A stretch of 49,785 nt of DNA from Myxococcota bacterium (GTDB taxonomy: Bacteria; Myxococcota_A; Polyangia; Polyangiales; Sandaracinaceae), in assembly GCA_036149055.1 (NCBI GenBank), contig JAYZQJ010000100.1, forward strand, positions 1-49,785. Reading direction: 5' to 3'. The notes under the pieces are model-generated. The model searched no databases and was not told the DNA's origin. It saw nothing but the letters and a program-made list of their open reading frames with translations. This document shows positions 32,590-42,075 of the stretch, in pieces; the first letter of the stretch is position 1, and every line of letters begins with the position of its first letter. The position numbers and the translations under genes were made by a program.

Positions 32590-34025
32590 CAGCCCTCTCC
32601 TCCGAGCGCCGAGACCACGCGCTCCATGCGCATCCCGCGCGAGCCCTTCACCAGGACGACGTCCTCGGGGCGCGCGACCTCGCGCACGCAGGCGGCGGCG
32701 TCGGCGGCGTCCTTCAGGAGCACGATCTTCGTGCGGCTCGCGGCCGGGCGCTCCATCGTCGCGGTGAGCGCGGCCCGTCCCGCGTGGGCCATGCGCTCGC
32801 CGCACGCGATGAGGTGCGCCGCGCCGACCCGCACCGCCTCGCGGCCGACCTCGGCGTGGGCCGGCTCCTCGTAGCGGCCGAGCTCCAGCATGTCGCCGAG
32901 CACCGCGATGAGCTTGCCGCCGCGCGCGCCGGCGAGCGCGGCCGCCGTGTCGAGCGCCGCCTCCATCGAGCGCGGGCTCGCGTTGTAGGCGTCGTCGATC
33001 ACCAGCAGGCCGTCGGCCATCGGCACGGTGGCCATGCGGTGGGGAGGCTGGGGCACGTGGGTCAGGGCCGCGGCCCCGGCCTCGACCTTCTCGGGCGCGA
33101 GGGCCCGCACGACCGCGATCGCGCCGGTCGCGTTGATCGCCGCCGCCTGACCGAGGAGCGAGAGGCTCAGGTCGACCTGCCCGCCCTCCCAGGTCACGTG
33201 CGCCTGGGTGCGGCCGTCGGCCTCGAGCTCCCAGCGGGAGAGCCGCACGTCCGCGCCCTCGACCGTGCCGTAGCCGATCTTGGTGCCGGCGGGCGAGCGC
33301 TCGGCGTAGGCGGCGAGCGGGGCGTCGTCGACGAACCAGACCGCGGCCCCCTCCGGCGCGAGCGCCTCGAGCAGGGCGCCCTTCTCGCGGGCCACGCCCT
33401 CGAGCCCGCCGACGCCCTCGGTGTGCACGGGGGCGACCGCGGTCACCACGCCCACCGTCGGGCGCGCCATCGCGGCGAGGTCGGCGATCTCGCCGGGGAC
33501 GTTCATGCCGATCTCGATCACGGCCGCGTCGTGGCGCTCGTCGAGGGTGAACAGCGTCATCGGCACGCCCACCCGGTTGTTGAGGTTGCCGCGGGTGAAG
33601 ACGGTCTGGTGCCCGAGCCCGGTGAGCGCGGCCGCGACCAGCTCCTTGGTGGTGGTCTTGCCGACCGAGCCGGTGATGCAGACCACCGGCACGTCGAAGC
33701 GGCGGCGGTGCAGCGCCGCGAGGTCGCCCAGCGCGGTGAGGGTGTCGTCGACCACGAGCACCCCGACGCTCTCCGGCGCGTCGATCTCGCGGTCCACCAC
33801 CACCGCGTGCGCCCCGGCCGCGATGGCCTGATCGACGTAGTCGTGGGCGTCGTGGGTCTCGCCGCGGAGCGCGACGAAGAGGTTGCCCGGCGCCACCCGG
33901 CGGGTGTCGAGGCAGACGCCCTCGACCGCGCGGGTCGGGCGCGCGAGCCATCGCCCGCCCGTGGCCTCGAGCAGCTCCTCCGGCGTGAAGCGCGCGGCGT
34001 TGTCCGGGATCGGGGTGGCGCTCAC
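32589..34025 (-). CDS. murF: UDP-MurNAc-tripeptide--D-Ala-D-Ala ligase
   Basis: TGSVGKTTTKE, NLNN, DDAYNASP, GDMLELG, KGSRG. Confidence 0.96.
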   Translation of the reverse strand: MSATPIPDNAARFTPEELLEATGGRWLARPTRAVEGVCLDTRRVAPGNLFVALRGETHDAHDYVDQAIAAGAHAVVVDREIDAPESVGVLVVDDTLTALGDLAALHRRRFDVPVVCITGSVGKTTTKELVAAALTGLGHQTVFTRGNLNNRVGVPMTLFTLDERHDAAVIEIGMNVPGEIADLAAMARPTVGVVTAVAPVHTEGVGGLEGVAREKGALLEALAPEGAAVWFVDDAPLAAYAERSPAGTKIGYGTVEGADVRLSRWELEADGRTQAHVTWEGGQVDLSLSLLGQAAAINATGAIAVVRALAPEKVEAGAAALTHVPQPPHRMATVPMADGLLVIDDAYNASPRSMEAALDTAAALAGARGGKLIAVLGDMLELGRYEEPAHAEVGREAVRVGAAHLIACGERMAHAGRAALTATMERPAASRTKIVLLKDAADAAACVREVARPEDVVLVKGSRGMRMERVVSALGGEG

Positions 34026-35512
34026 GCGTCCCTCCCCTCGATGGCGGCGCGGGCCTCTTCGCGGTCGTCGAAGTGGATCTTCGTCGTGCCGCGGATCTGG
34101 TAATCCTCGTGGCCCTTGCCCGCGATGAGCACGGTGTCGCCGGGGCGGGCCGCGGCGATCACCTCGCGGATGGCGGCCCGGCGGTCCTCCTCGACCCGGT
34201 ACAGGCCGCGGTCGCTGCGCGCGAAGGCGACGAGGTCGTCGGTCCGGGTCCAGCCCTCGCCGGCGAGCCCGGGCTCGATCGCCCCGAGGATCGCGAACGG
34301 GTCCTCGGTGCGCGGGTTGTCGCTCGTGATCACCGCGAGGTCCGCGCCGCGCCCGACGGCCTGGCCCATCTGCGGGCGCTTGGCCTGGTCGCGGTCGCCG
34401 CCGCAGCCGAAGACCGCGAAGAGGCGCCCGGGGGTGATGGGCCGCAGCGCCGCGAGGGCGCGCGCCAGCGCGTCCGGGGTGTGGGCGTAGTCCACCAGGA
34501 CGCGCACGTCGTCGAGGCCGTCGACCCGCTCGAGCCGACCGGGCGCGCCCTTCGCCGCGCCGAGCGCCGCCGCCGCCTCCTCGGCCTCGAAGCCGAGCGC
34601 GGCGAGCACCCCGAGCGCGAGCAGGAGGTTGTCGAGGTTGTGGGCGCCGATGAGCGGCGAGCGCAGCTCGATCTCCTCGCCCAGCACCGTCGCCGTCGCC
34701 CGCATGCCGTCCCGGTCCATGGTCCAGGTACGCACCGAGACGTCGGCATCGCCCTCGCGCGAGACGCGCAGGCAGCCCGGGACGCGGTCGGCGAGCGTCG
34801 CGCCGTGGGCGTCGTCGACGTTGATCACCGACGCGCCCGGCGACAGCTCGAGGAAGAGGCGCGCCTTGGCCTCGAAGTACGCCTCGAGGGTGCCGTGGTA
34901 GTCGAGGTGATCCTGGGTGAGGTTGGTGAACGCGGCGACCGCGAAGTCGACGGCGTCGGCGCGGTGCATCGCCAGCGCGTGGCTCGACACCTCCATCACC
35001 AGGTGGCTCGCGCCGTGGTCGACGACCCTCCGGGCGAAGCGCGCCAGGGCGTCCCCCTCCGGCGTGGTGAACGGGGCCGGCTCGCGCACGCCGGGGCCGC
35101 GGCTCTCGACGGTGCCCAGCAGCGCCGGCTGCTGACCGAGCGCGCGCAGCGCCTCGTCGATCAGCCACGCGGTGGTGGTCTTGCCGTTGGTCCCGGTCAG
35201 GCCGACGACCGCCAGCTCCTTGGTCGGATCCGCGTACACGGCCGCGGCCAGCGCGCCGAGGGCCCGGCGGGCGTCGGCGACGATCAGCTGCGGCACCTCG
35301 AGATCGAGGCGGCGCTCGGTGGCGACCGCGACCGCGCCCCGCTCGACCGCGCTCTCGGCGAAGCGCGCGCCGTCCGCCTGCGCGCCGGCGATGGCCACGA
35401 AGAGGTCGCCCGCCTCGACCGCGCGGGAGTCGTGACGCACGCCGCGGATCTCGGCGTCGCCGGACACCTCGGCCCCGAGCCCGCGCTCCTTCAGCTCGCG
35501 CAGGGTGATCAT
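34022..35512 (-). CDS. murE: UDP-MurNAc-dipeptide--meso-DAP ligase
   Basis: GTNGKTT, MEVSSH, DHLDYH, DYAHTPD, DNPR (mDAP-specific), AGKGHE. Confidence 0.97.
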   Translation of the reverse strand: MITLRELKERGLGAEVSGDAEIRGVRHDSRAVEAGDLFVAIAGAQADGARFAESAVERGAVAVATERRLDLEVPQLIVADARRALGALAAAVYADPTKELAVVGLTGTNGKTTTAWLIDEALRALGQQPALLGTVESRGPGVREPAPFTTPEGDALARFARRVVDHGASHLVMEVSSHALAMHRADAVDFAVAAFTNLTQDHLDYHGTLEAYFEAKARLFLELSPGASVINVDDAHGATLADRVPGCLRVSREGDADVSVRTWTMDRDGMRATATVLGEEIELRSPLIGAHNLDNLLLALGVLAALGFEAEEAAAALGAAKGAPGRLERVDGLDDVRVLVDYAHTPDALARALAALRPITPGRLFAVFGCGGDRDQAKRPQMGQAVGRGADLAVITSDNPRTEDPFAILGAIEPGLAGEGWTRTDDLVAFARSDRGLYRVEEDRRAAIREVIAAARPGDTVLIAGKGHEDYQIRGTTKIHFDDREEARAAIEGRDA

Positions 35513-37638
35513 CGCGTCACCGCCTGCGCGAGGGTTCCGTCCGGGGCCGGCGTCACCGGCACCTCGGGCTCCGGGCGGAGCTCCGGGCGCTCGAGGATCA
35601 CGCGCACCGCGCTGCCGCGGTCGACCACCGCGCCCGGCTGCGGGCTCTGGGCGACGACGAGGCCGCTCCCCTCGAGCTCGAAGCCGAGGCCGATGCGGCG
35701 CAGCGCGCCGAGCGACCCGCGAGCGGTCAGGCCGGTGAGGTCGGGGACCATCACCTCGCCCTCGCCGGGGTCGCGCTCGGGCACGACGGCCACGGCGATC
35801 TCCGCGCTCGGCGCCTCCACCTCTCCGCGGGCCTGACGGCGGCGCTCTCGCTCCCGGCGGCGGTGACGACGCTCGAGCTCGGCGAGGGCCTCCCCGCCGG
35901 TGTCCGCGGGCACGCCGAGGTGACGCAGCGAGGCCTCGCCGATGCGGCGGAAGATGGGGCCGGCGACGGTGCCGCCGTAGTGGTCGACCACCGGCTCGTC
36001 GATGACGACCGCGATGACGAGCGCCGGATCCTGCGCGGGCACGAAGCCGGCGAAGGACGCGATGTAGACGTCCTCCTGGTAGCCGCCGTGGCGGTAGTCG
36101 GCCTTCTGCGCGGTGCCCGTCTTGCCGGCGACGAGGTAGCCGTCGATCGCCGCCTCGGGCCCGGTGCCGCCCTGGCCGGTGACCGCGGTGAGCATGTCCG
36201 CGAGCAGCCGCGCGGTGCGGCGCGGGATCACCTGCCGGCGCACCCGGGGCAGGCTCTCGCTCGTCGTCGCGCCGCGGCTGTCGACGGTGCGGCGGATGAC
36301 GTGGGGGTGCATGAGCCGCCCGCCGTTCGCGATGGTGCTCATCGCGGTGGCGAGCTGCAGGGTCGTGGTGCTCATGCCCTGCCCGAAGCTGATGGTCGCC
36401 AGGTCGAGGTCGTACCAGCGGGTGTGGTGGCGCAGGATGCCGCCGGTCTCGCCCGGCAGCTCCACCCCGGTCGGCTCCCCGAAGCCGAAGCGTCGCAGGG
36501 CGCGGAAGAGGCCGCGGCGCCCGAGGCGCATGCCGATCTTCGCGGTGCCGATGTTGCTGGAGCGCGCGAGGATCTGCGCGGGGGTCATCACGCCGAAGCG
36601 GTGGCCGCCGTCGCCGATGGTGTCCTCGCCGATCTCGAGCTGGCCGTCCTCCTCGCAGTCGATGGCCTCCTCGGGGTGCACGACGTTGGCCGCGAACGCG
36701 GCCGCGAGGGTGAAGGGCTTGATGGTCGAGCCCGGCTCGAAGCGGTCGGTGACCGCGCGGTTGCGGCGGTGGGCGGCCTCGGCGCTGCCCGGCTCGTTCG
36801 GGTTGAACGTCGGGTAGTTCGCCATCGCGAGGATCTCACCGGTGCGGGGATCCATGACCACCACGCTCCCGGCCGCCGCCTCGGCGGTGCGGACCCCGAG
36901 CGCGAGCTCTCGCTCGGCGATGTGCTGGATGGTCTTGTCGATGGTGAGGAAGACGTCGTCGCCCTGGGCGGCGCGGTCGTCGAGGAGCTGATCGCTGAAG
37001 ACCACCCGGCCGCGTCGATCCCGGACCGCGGGGACCGGCTGCACCGAGCCGCGGAGCTGGTCCTCGAGGGCGAGCTCGAGCCCCTCGATGCCGACCCCGT
37101 CGATGTTGGCGAAGCCGAGCATGTGCGCGGCGAGCTCGCGGTTCGGGTAGAAGCGGCGCGCCTCGTCGGTCATCTGCACGCCCTCGATGCCCAGGGCGCG
37201 CACCGCCGCCGCCTCGGTCGGCGTGACCTGACGCTCGATCCAGACGAAGTAGCGGTCGGAGCGGAGCCGCGCCGCGATCCGGTCGCGGTCGACGTCGAGG
37301 AGGGCGGCCAAGCGGGTGGCGGCCGCCTCGGTGTCGACGCCCTCGGCGCGCATCAGCCGCGGGTTCGCGAAGACGCTCTCGACGTCGACGCTCACCGCGA
37401 GCTCCGCGCCGTGGCGGTCGTAGATGGTGCCGCGCTTGGGGGCGAGGCGGATGTCGCGGAGCTGCTGCGACTCGGCCATCGCGCGGAGCGCCGGCCCGTG
37501 CTGCATCGTCAGCTCCCACGCGCGCGCGGAGACGAGCAGCGCCCCGGCGCCCACGCAGAGCGCGAGCACGACCATGCGCACCCGCACCCAGCGGCGACGC
37601 CGGCGGTCGAGCTGCGCCTCGGTGAGGGGATCGCTCAT
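35509..37638 (-). CDS. ftsI: class B penicillin-binding protein PBP3 with C-terminal PASTA domain
   Basis: RGTIYDR, STIK, SSN and KTG transpeptidase motifs; VPDLTG...SQSP PASTA. Confidence 0.95.
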   Translation of the reverse strand: MSDPLTEAQLDRRRRRWVRVRMVVLALCVGAGALLVSARAWELTMQHGPALRAMAESQQLRDIRLAPKRGTIYDRHGAELAVSVDVESVFANPRLMRAEGVDTEAAATRLAALLDVDRDRIAARLRSDRYFVWIERQVTPTEAAAVRALGIEGVQMTDEARRFYPNRELAAHMLGFANIDGVGIEGLELALEDQLRGSVQPVPAVRDRRGRVVFSDQLLDDRAAQGDDVFLTIDKTIQHIAERELALGVRTAEAAAGSVVVMDPRTGEILAMANYPTFNPNEPGSAEAAHRRNRAVTDRFEPGSTIKPFTLAAAFAANVVHPEEAIDCEEDGQLEIGEDTIGDGGHRFGVMTPAQILARSSNIGTAKIGMRLGRRGLFRALRRFGFGEPTGVELPGETGGILRHHTRWYDLDLATISFGQGMSTTTLQLATAMSTIANGGRLMHPHVIRRTVDSRGATTSESLPRVRRQVIPRRTARLLADMLTAVTGQGGTGPEAAIDGYLVAGKTGTAQKADYRHGGYQEDVYIASFAGFVPAQDPALVIAVVIDEPVVDHYGGTVAGPIFRRIGEASLRHLGVPADTGGEALAELERRHRRRERERRRQARGEVEAPSAEIAVAVVPERDPGEGEVMVPDLTGLTARGSLGALRRIGLGFELEGSGLVVAQSPQPGAVVDRGSAVRVILERPELRPEPEVPVTPAPDGTLAQAVTR

Positions 37639-37943
37639 CGCACCCTCCCCGCCATGCGGCGCTGCCGCCGCTCGTTGCCGACCGGGATCACCCGCGCCGG
37701 CTCCGGCACGTCCATCTCGAGCCGCCCGCGGGCGATGGTCTCGATGCGCTCGGCCTGCCGCAGCGTCGCCGCCTCGATCGCGAGGAGGCGCCGCTGCTCG
37801 ATCAGCCGACGCTGCGCCCGGCGGGCCTGGCCGACCTCGTAGCCGAGCTGCACGGTCTGCTGCCGCAGCGCGAGGTGGGACACGAACGCGGCCGCCGCCG
37901 CGACCACCGCGACGCTCCAGAGGATGAGGAAGCGCGCCTTCAC
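37635..37943 (-). CDS. ftsL: cell division protein FtsL
   Basis: TM plus coiled coil ending ERIETIAR; position between rsmH and ftsI. Confidence 0.85.
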   Translation of the reverse strand: MKARFLILWSVAVVAAAAAFVSHLALRQQTVQLGYEVGQARRAQRRLIEQRRLLAIEAATLRQAERIETIARGRLEMDVPEPARVIPVGNERRQRRMAGRVR

Positions 37944-38857
37944 GCCGCCACCTCCCGCGGGATCCGCCGCGCCGCGCGCAGCTTCGCGCTCCGGGCGCGC
38001 GGGTTGTCGGCCCGCTCCTCGTCGGTGGCGACCACCGGCTTCTTGGTCAGCGGCGCGAGCGCCTCGTGCGCCTTGAAGAAGCGCTTCACCTTCCGGTCTT
38101 CGAGGGAGTGGAAGGAGATGAGCACCGCCACTCCGTCGTCGGCGAGGACCGCCGGGAGCGCGGCGAGCAGCCGGTCGAGCTGCCCGAGCTCGTCGTTCAC
38201 CGCGATGCGCAGGGCCTGGAAGGTCCGCGTCGCCGGGTCGATCTTGCCGCGGCGGCCGCCGACCGCGCGGTGCACCGCCCGCTGGAGGTCCCCGGTGGTC
38301 TCGAGCGCGCCCGCGTCGGACGCCTCCTTCACCACCCGGGCGATGCGCCGCGACTTCCGCTCCTCGCCGAGCTGGTAGATCACGTCGGCGAGCTCCGACT
38401 CGCTCAGCGAGGCGATGAGCTCGGCCGCCGTCTGCCCGCGGGTGGGGTCCATGCGCATGTCGAGCGGGCCGTCGGCGCGGAAGGAGAAGCCCCGCTCCGC
38501 CTCGTCCAGCTGGGGGGAGCTGACCCCGAGATCGGCGATCAGGCCGTTCACCTGGGGTTGACCGACCTCGGCGAGCAGCTGGGCCACGTCGCCGAACGCG
38601 CCGTGCACGAAGGTGACCCGGGGGGCGAATTCCGAGAGCCGCTCCCGGGCCGCCGCGAGGGCCTTCGGGTCCCGGTCGACGCCGATCACGCGACCCTCGG
38701 GCGCGCTCCGGCGGAGCACGCCCTCGGTGTGACCGCCGCCCCCGAGGGTGGCGTCCGCGTAGACGGCGCCCGAGCGCGGATCGAGGGCGGAGAGCGTCTC
38801 TTCGAGCATGACCGTTCGGTGGTGGAACGGAGCGGGGGTGGTGCGGGCTTCCGTCAC
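37940..38857 (-). CDS. rsmH: 16S rRNA C1402 N4-methyltransferase RsmH (MraW)
   Basis: DATLGGGGH, DLGVSSPQLD, PLDMRM, FQALRI, FHSLED, NPRARSAKLR. Confidence 0.97.
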   Translation of the reverse strand: MTEARTTPAPFHHRTVMLEETLSALDPRSGAVYADATLGGGGHTEGVLRRSAPEGRVIGVDRDPKALAAARERLSEFAPRVTFVHGAFGDVAQLLAEVGQPQVNGLIADLGVSSPQLDEAERGFSFRADGPLDMRMDPTRGQTAAELIASLSESELADVIYQLGEERKSRRIARVVKEASDAGALETTGDLQRAVHRAVGGRRGKIDPATRTFQALRIAVNDELGQLDRLLAALPAVLADDGVAVLISFHSLEDRKVKRFFKAHEALAPLTKKPVVATDEERADNPRARSAKLRAARRIPREVAA

Positions 38858-39306
38858 AGGCCGAGCTCCGCGAGACGCTGCGCCATCTGAGCGCGCTGGT
38901 TCATGTCCTCGAGCACGCTGCTGCGGAGGGCGTCGAAGCGCTCCTTCGCCCAGAGCTCGAGGTGGCGGCCCATGCCCGCCCAGAGCGCGTTGCGCTCGAG
39001 CCCCGCGTAGTTGCGCAGGGCCGCGGGGATCAGGACGCGCCCGAGCTTGTCCATCTCGACCTCGACGGCCCCGGAGACGTAGATGCGGCGGATCATGGCG
39101 ACGCTGGGATCGAAGCTCGGGAGCTTGGCGAGGCGGGCCTCGAAGGCCTCCCACTCGGCCATCGGGTAGGCGACCAGGCAGGGCTCGAGGCCGGTGGTCA
39201 CGACGAGCCGGGACGTCTCCTCCGTGGAGAGGACCTCCCGAAAACGCGACGGAACGGACGTGCGCCCCTTACCGTCGATCGCGTGCTCGTACTGACCTCG
39301 GAACAC
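38854..39306 (-). CDS. mraZ: division/cell wall cluster repressor MraZ
   Basis: FRGQYEHAIDGKGR and DKLGR twin DxxGR motifs; first gene of dcw. Confidence 0.97.
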   Translation of the reverse strand: MFRGQYEHAIDGKGRTSVPSRFREVLSTEETSRLVVTTGLEPCLVAYPMAEWEAFEARLAKLPSFDPSVAMIRRIYVSGAVEVEMDKLGRVLIPAALRNYAGLERNALWAGMGRHLELWAKERFDALRSSVLEDMNQRAQMAQRLAELGL

Positions 39307-39356
39307 CCGCGGACACCTGCTCCGGTGAGCGGCTCGGAGTCATCCGAGAGACGGAT

Positions 39357-39382
39357 GCCACTCCTTACCACTCCTTACCACC
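39357..39382 (-). promoter_or_regulatory. MraZ-binding repeats (three GTGG boxes at 10-bp period)
   Basis: Minus strand GTGGTAAGGA-GTGGTAAGGA-GTGGC immediately downstream of the -10 box. Confidence 0.85.
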
Positions 39383-39389
39383 GGTCCGG

Positions 39390-39418
39390 ACCCTACGGGG
39401 GGTCCGGGGGGGTGTCAA
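39390..39418 (-). promoter_or_regulatory. sigma70-type dcw (Pmra) promoter
   Basis: TTGACA (39418-39413), 17-nt spacer, TAGGGT (39395-39390). Confidence 0.85.
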
Positions 39419-39641
39419 CTTCATTCGAATCGGGGCTTCGACCCTGTGTTCATAGGGATGAAGTGGTGGTGGGGCGGAGGGTGGTAAGGGGTGGATCGCC
39501 CGTGATCCGCCGGGGCCTGATGGCACCACTTCGAGTGTTCAGGTAGGCGGGGTCTCTGGACCTAGGTCGCGATTCCGGCACGATCGTTCGTGCTACATCC
39601 GGGGCGCCCTCCCGGCGGCGCGCGGCTGCTAAGCTGGGCCG

Positions 39642-39974
39642 GTGGACGACCCCATCGACACCGCCTGGGCCGAGGTGGAGGCGGACTGGTCGTCCGAGGC
39701 GGCCCACAAGAAGTTCCTGACCCTCTGCGCCTCGCTCGACCGCCTCGCCGAGGCCGGCAAGCGCTACCGGGCGGTGAAGGAGTCGGACCCCGAGCGGGCC
39801 GAGGTGGCCACCGCGCAGATCGACCGGCTGCTCGGGCTGGCCATGCAGAACCTGCAGGTGCTGAAGTCCGAGCCCCGCACCCGCAGCGGAAAACAGGTGC
39901 TCTTCCTGATCGCCCTCGGCATCAGCGGCGCCCTCGTCGTCACCGCGCTCATGGCGATGTTGCGGATGATGTGA
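39642..39974 (+). CDS. small tail-anchored hypothetical protein
   Basis: Helical N-terminus plus C-terminal TM; TGC-TAAGCT 6 nt before GTG; coding bias. Confidence 0.75.
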   Translation: MDDPIDTAWAEVEADWSSEAAHKKFLTLCASLDRLAEAGKRYRAVKESDPERAEVATAQIDRLLGLAMQNLQVLKSEPRTRSGKQVLFLIALGISGALVVTALMAMLRMM

Positions 39975-40000
39975 GCGCCTGAGTAAGCTCCCGGCCTCGC

Positions 40001-40681
40001 ATGCAGCTCGACTTCAAGGCGCGTGAGCTGACGATCAAGCTCGTCTACTACGGGCCCGCGCTCAGCGGAAAGACGACCAACCTGCAGGCGATCCATCGCC
40101 TGGTGAGCGCCGAGGTCGCCGGGCGGCTGATGACGCTCGAGACCCAGGACGATCGGACGCTCTTCTTCGACCTGCTCCCCCTCTCGCTCAACGCGGGCAA
40201 GGGGCTGCAGGTGCGGGTGAAGCTCTTCACCGTCCCCGGGCAGGTCATCCACAACGCCACCCGGCGGCTGGTGCTGCAGGGGGCCGACGGCGTCGCCTTC
40301 ATCGCCGACAGCCAGCGGACGGAGACCAAGTCCAACGCGGCGAGCTTCGTGAACCTCCGCCAGAACCTCACCGACCAGGGCATCGAGCCCGCGTCGATGC
40401 CGCTGGTGATCCAGTTCAACAAGCGCGACCTGCCGGACATCCGGACCGACGACGAGATCGACGCGCTGGCGAGCCGCGGCAAGGAGCCGGTGTTCAAGGC
40501 GGTCGCCCTCCGGGGGGTGGGGGTGCTCGAGACCCTGATGGGCCTCATGGAGATCACCTGGAACCGCCTCGAGGACGAGCACCGGCTGAGCGAGAAGTTC
40601 GGCCTGACGCCCGGGCCCCTGCTGGCCGAGTTCGAGCGGCACCTCGGGGTGGCCGAGGCCATCCAGCGGGTGAGCCGATGA
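40001..40681 (+). CDS. MglA-family small GTPase (no adjacent MglB)
   Basis: KLVYYGPALSGKTTN, DRTLFFD, TVPGQ, NKRD. Confidence 0.93.
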   Translation: MQLDFKARELTIKLVYYGPALSGKTTNLQAIHRLVSAEVAGRLMTLETQDDRTLFFDLLPLSLNAGKGLQVRVKLFTVPGQVIHNATRRLVLQGADGVAFIADSQRTETKSNAASFVNLRQNLTDQGIEPASMPLVIQFNKRDLPDIRTDDEIDALASRGKEPVFKAVALRGVGVLETLMGLMEITWNRLEDEHRLSEKFGLTPGPLLAEFERHLGVAEAIQRVSR

Positions 40682-42072
40682 GCGAGCCGCAGATCGACCT
40701 CACCCTCGCGGACATCACCCGCCTCGAGGAGATCGTCGACCGCGGCGCCCTCGGCGAGGTGTGCCGCTCGTTCTTCGATCTCTTCTCGCTGCCGATCCGG
40801 GTCTTCTCCCACGACGGCACGCTGCTCGCCGACGTGCACGAGACCCGCGAGATCTGCCGCTACGTGAACACCCTGCCCAAGGGCCGCGCCGCGTGCAGCG
40901 GGCTCGTGAGCGAGGTGAAGGGCATCGACCCCCAGGACGGGGTGGTCGTGCACCCGTGCTTCACCGGCGCCGTCTACCGGATCGTGCCGATCGACTATCA
41001 GGGCCGTCGCCTCGGCCGCTTCGTGATCGGCCCCTACCTGCCGGCCGAGGTGCGGGAGGTGCCGCGCTCGCTGCTCGTGATCGACGAGCGGCTCGAGGCC
41101 GAGAAGGCGCGCGCCGCGCTCACCGAGATGCCCCGGGTGCGCGAGGAGACGGCCGAGCGCCTCTCGGACCACCTGACGCACATCCTCGACCTCATCATCT
41201 TCAGCGGTCACCGCGCGTTCCTCACCAGCCAGATGCACGTCGCGAGCGTGCGCGAGAGCTACAAGGTGCTCAGCGACAAGAACGCCGAGCTCCAGACCGC
41301 GTTCGATCGCCTGAAGGAGCTCGACCGCCTGAAGTCGAACTTCCTGGCCACCGTGAGCCACGAGCTGCGCACGCCGCTGACCTCGATCATCGGCTACAGC
41401 GACATGCTCGCCACGGGCATCGCCGGCGACCTCAACGAGGAGCAGGCCGAGTTCGTCGAGACCATTCGCGGCAAGGGCGACCACCTGCTCGCGCTGATCA
41501 GCAGCCTCCTCGACCTCGGCAAGCTCGAGCAGGGCAACCTCCCGCTCCGGCGCGAGCTCATCGGCCCGCGCGACCTCCTCGAGGAGGTCGCCAAGACGAT
41601 GACCCCGGCGGCCGAGAAGAAGGGGGTCCAGATGAAGGTCCAGGTGGAGGGCGCGCTGCCGCCGATCGCCGCCGACCCGGTCCGCATCAAGCAGGTCCTC
41701 TTCAACCTCTGCGAGAACGCGGTGAAGTTCTCGCCGCGCGGAGGCGACGTGACCCTCGGCGTGCGCTCGGTCGAGCTCGAGAGCGACGGCGACGGCGACG
41801 GAATGGGCTTCGTGCTCATGGCCGCGCCCAAGACCGCGCTCGAGATCTCGGTCAGCGACCAGGGCCCCGGCATCCCGAGCGGCGAGCAGCAGAAGATCTT
41901 CGACGCCTTCTATCAGGTCGACGGCAGCTCCACCCGCGAGCACGGCGGCACCGGCCTCGGCCTCTCGATCGTCAAGCGCCTGGTCGAAGCGCACGGCGGC
42001 CAGGTCTGGGTCGACAGCGTGGTCGGCGAAGGGACGACCTTCTCCTTCACGATCCCCGAAGGCGACGAGTAG
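40678..42072 (+). CDS. cytoplasmic PocR-domain sensor histidine kinase
   Basis: ATGA overlap; PocR-like Cys pattern (EICR, AACS, HPCFTG...VPI...G..LG); SHELRTPL, NAVKF, DQGPG, GTGLGL. Confidence 0.9.
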   Translation: MSEPQIDLTLADITRLEEIVDRGALGEVCRSFFDLFSLPIRVFSHDGTLLADVHETREICRYVNTLPKGRAACSGLVSEVKGIDPQDGVVVHPCFTGAVYRIVPIDYQGRRLGRFVIGPYLPAEVREVPRSLLVIDERLEAEKARAALTEMPRVREETAERLSDHLTHILDLIIFSGHRAFLTSQMHVASVRESYKVLSDKNAELQTAFDRLKELDRLKSNFLATVSHELRTPLTSIIGYSDMLATGIAGDLNEEQAEFVETIRGKGDHLLALISSLLDLGKLEQGNLPLRRELIGPRDLLEEVAKTMTPAAEKKGVQMKVQVEGALPPIAADPVRIKQVLFNLCENAVKFSPRGGDVTLGVRSVELESDGDGDGMGFVLMAAPKTALEISVSDQGPGIPSGEQQKIFDAFYQVDGSSTREHGGTGLGLSIVKRLVEAHGGQVWVDSVVGEGTTFSFTIPEGDE

Positions 42073-42075
42073 GCC

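Noticed and set aside
27542..39154. Apparent N-terminal extensions of murG, mraY, murF and rsmH in the ORF track
   Set aside because: Out-of-frame overlaps with upstream genes; coupled starts give canonical lengths
39575..39595. Possible sigma-54 promoter CGGCACGATCGTTCG (and TGGTACG on minus near 43790)
   Set aside because: The -12 GC element is missing at the required spacing
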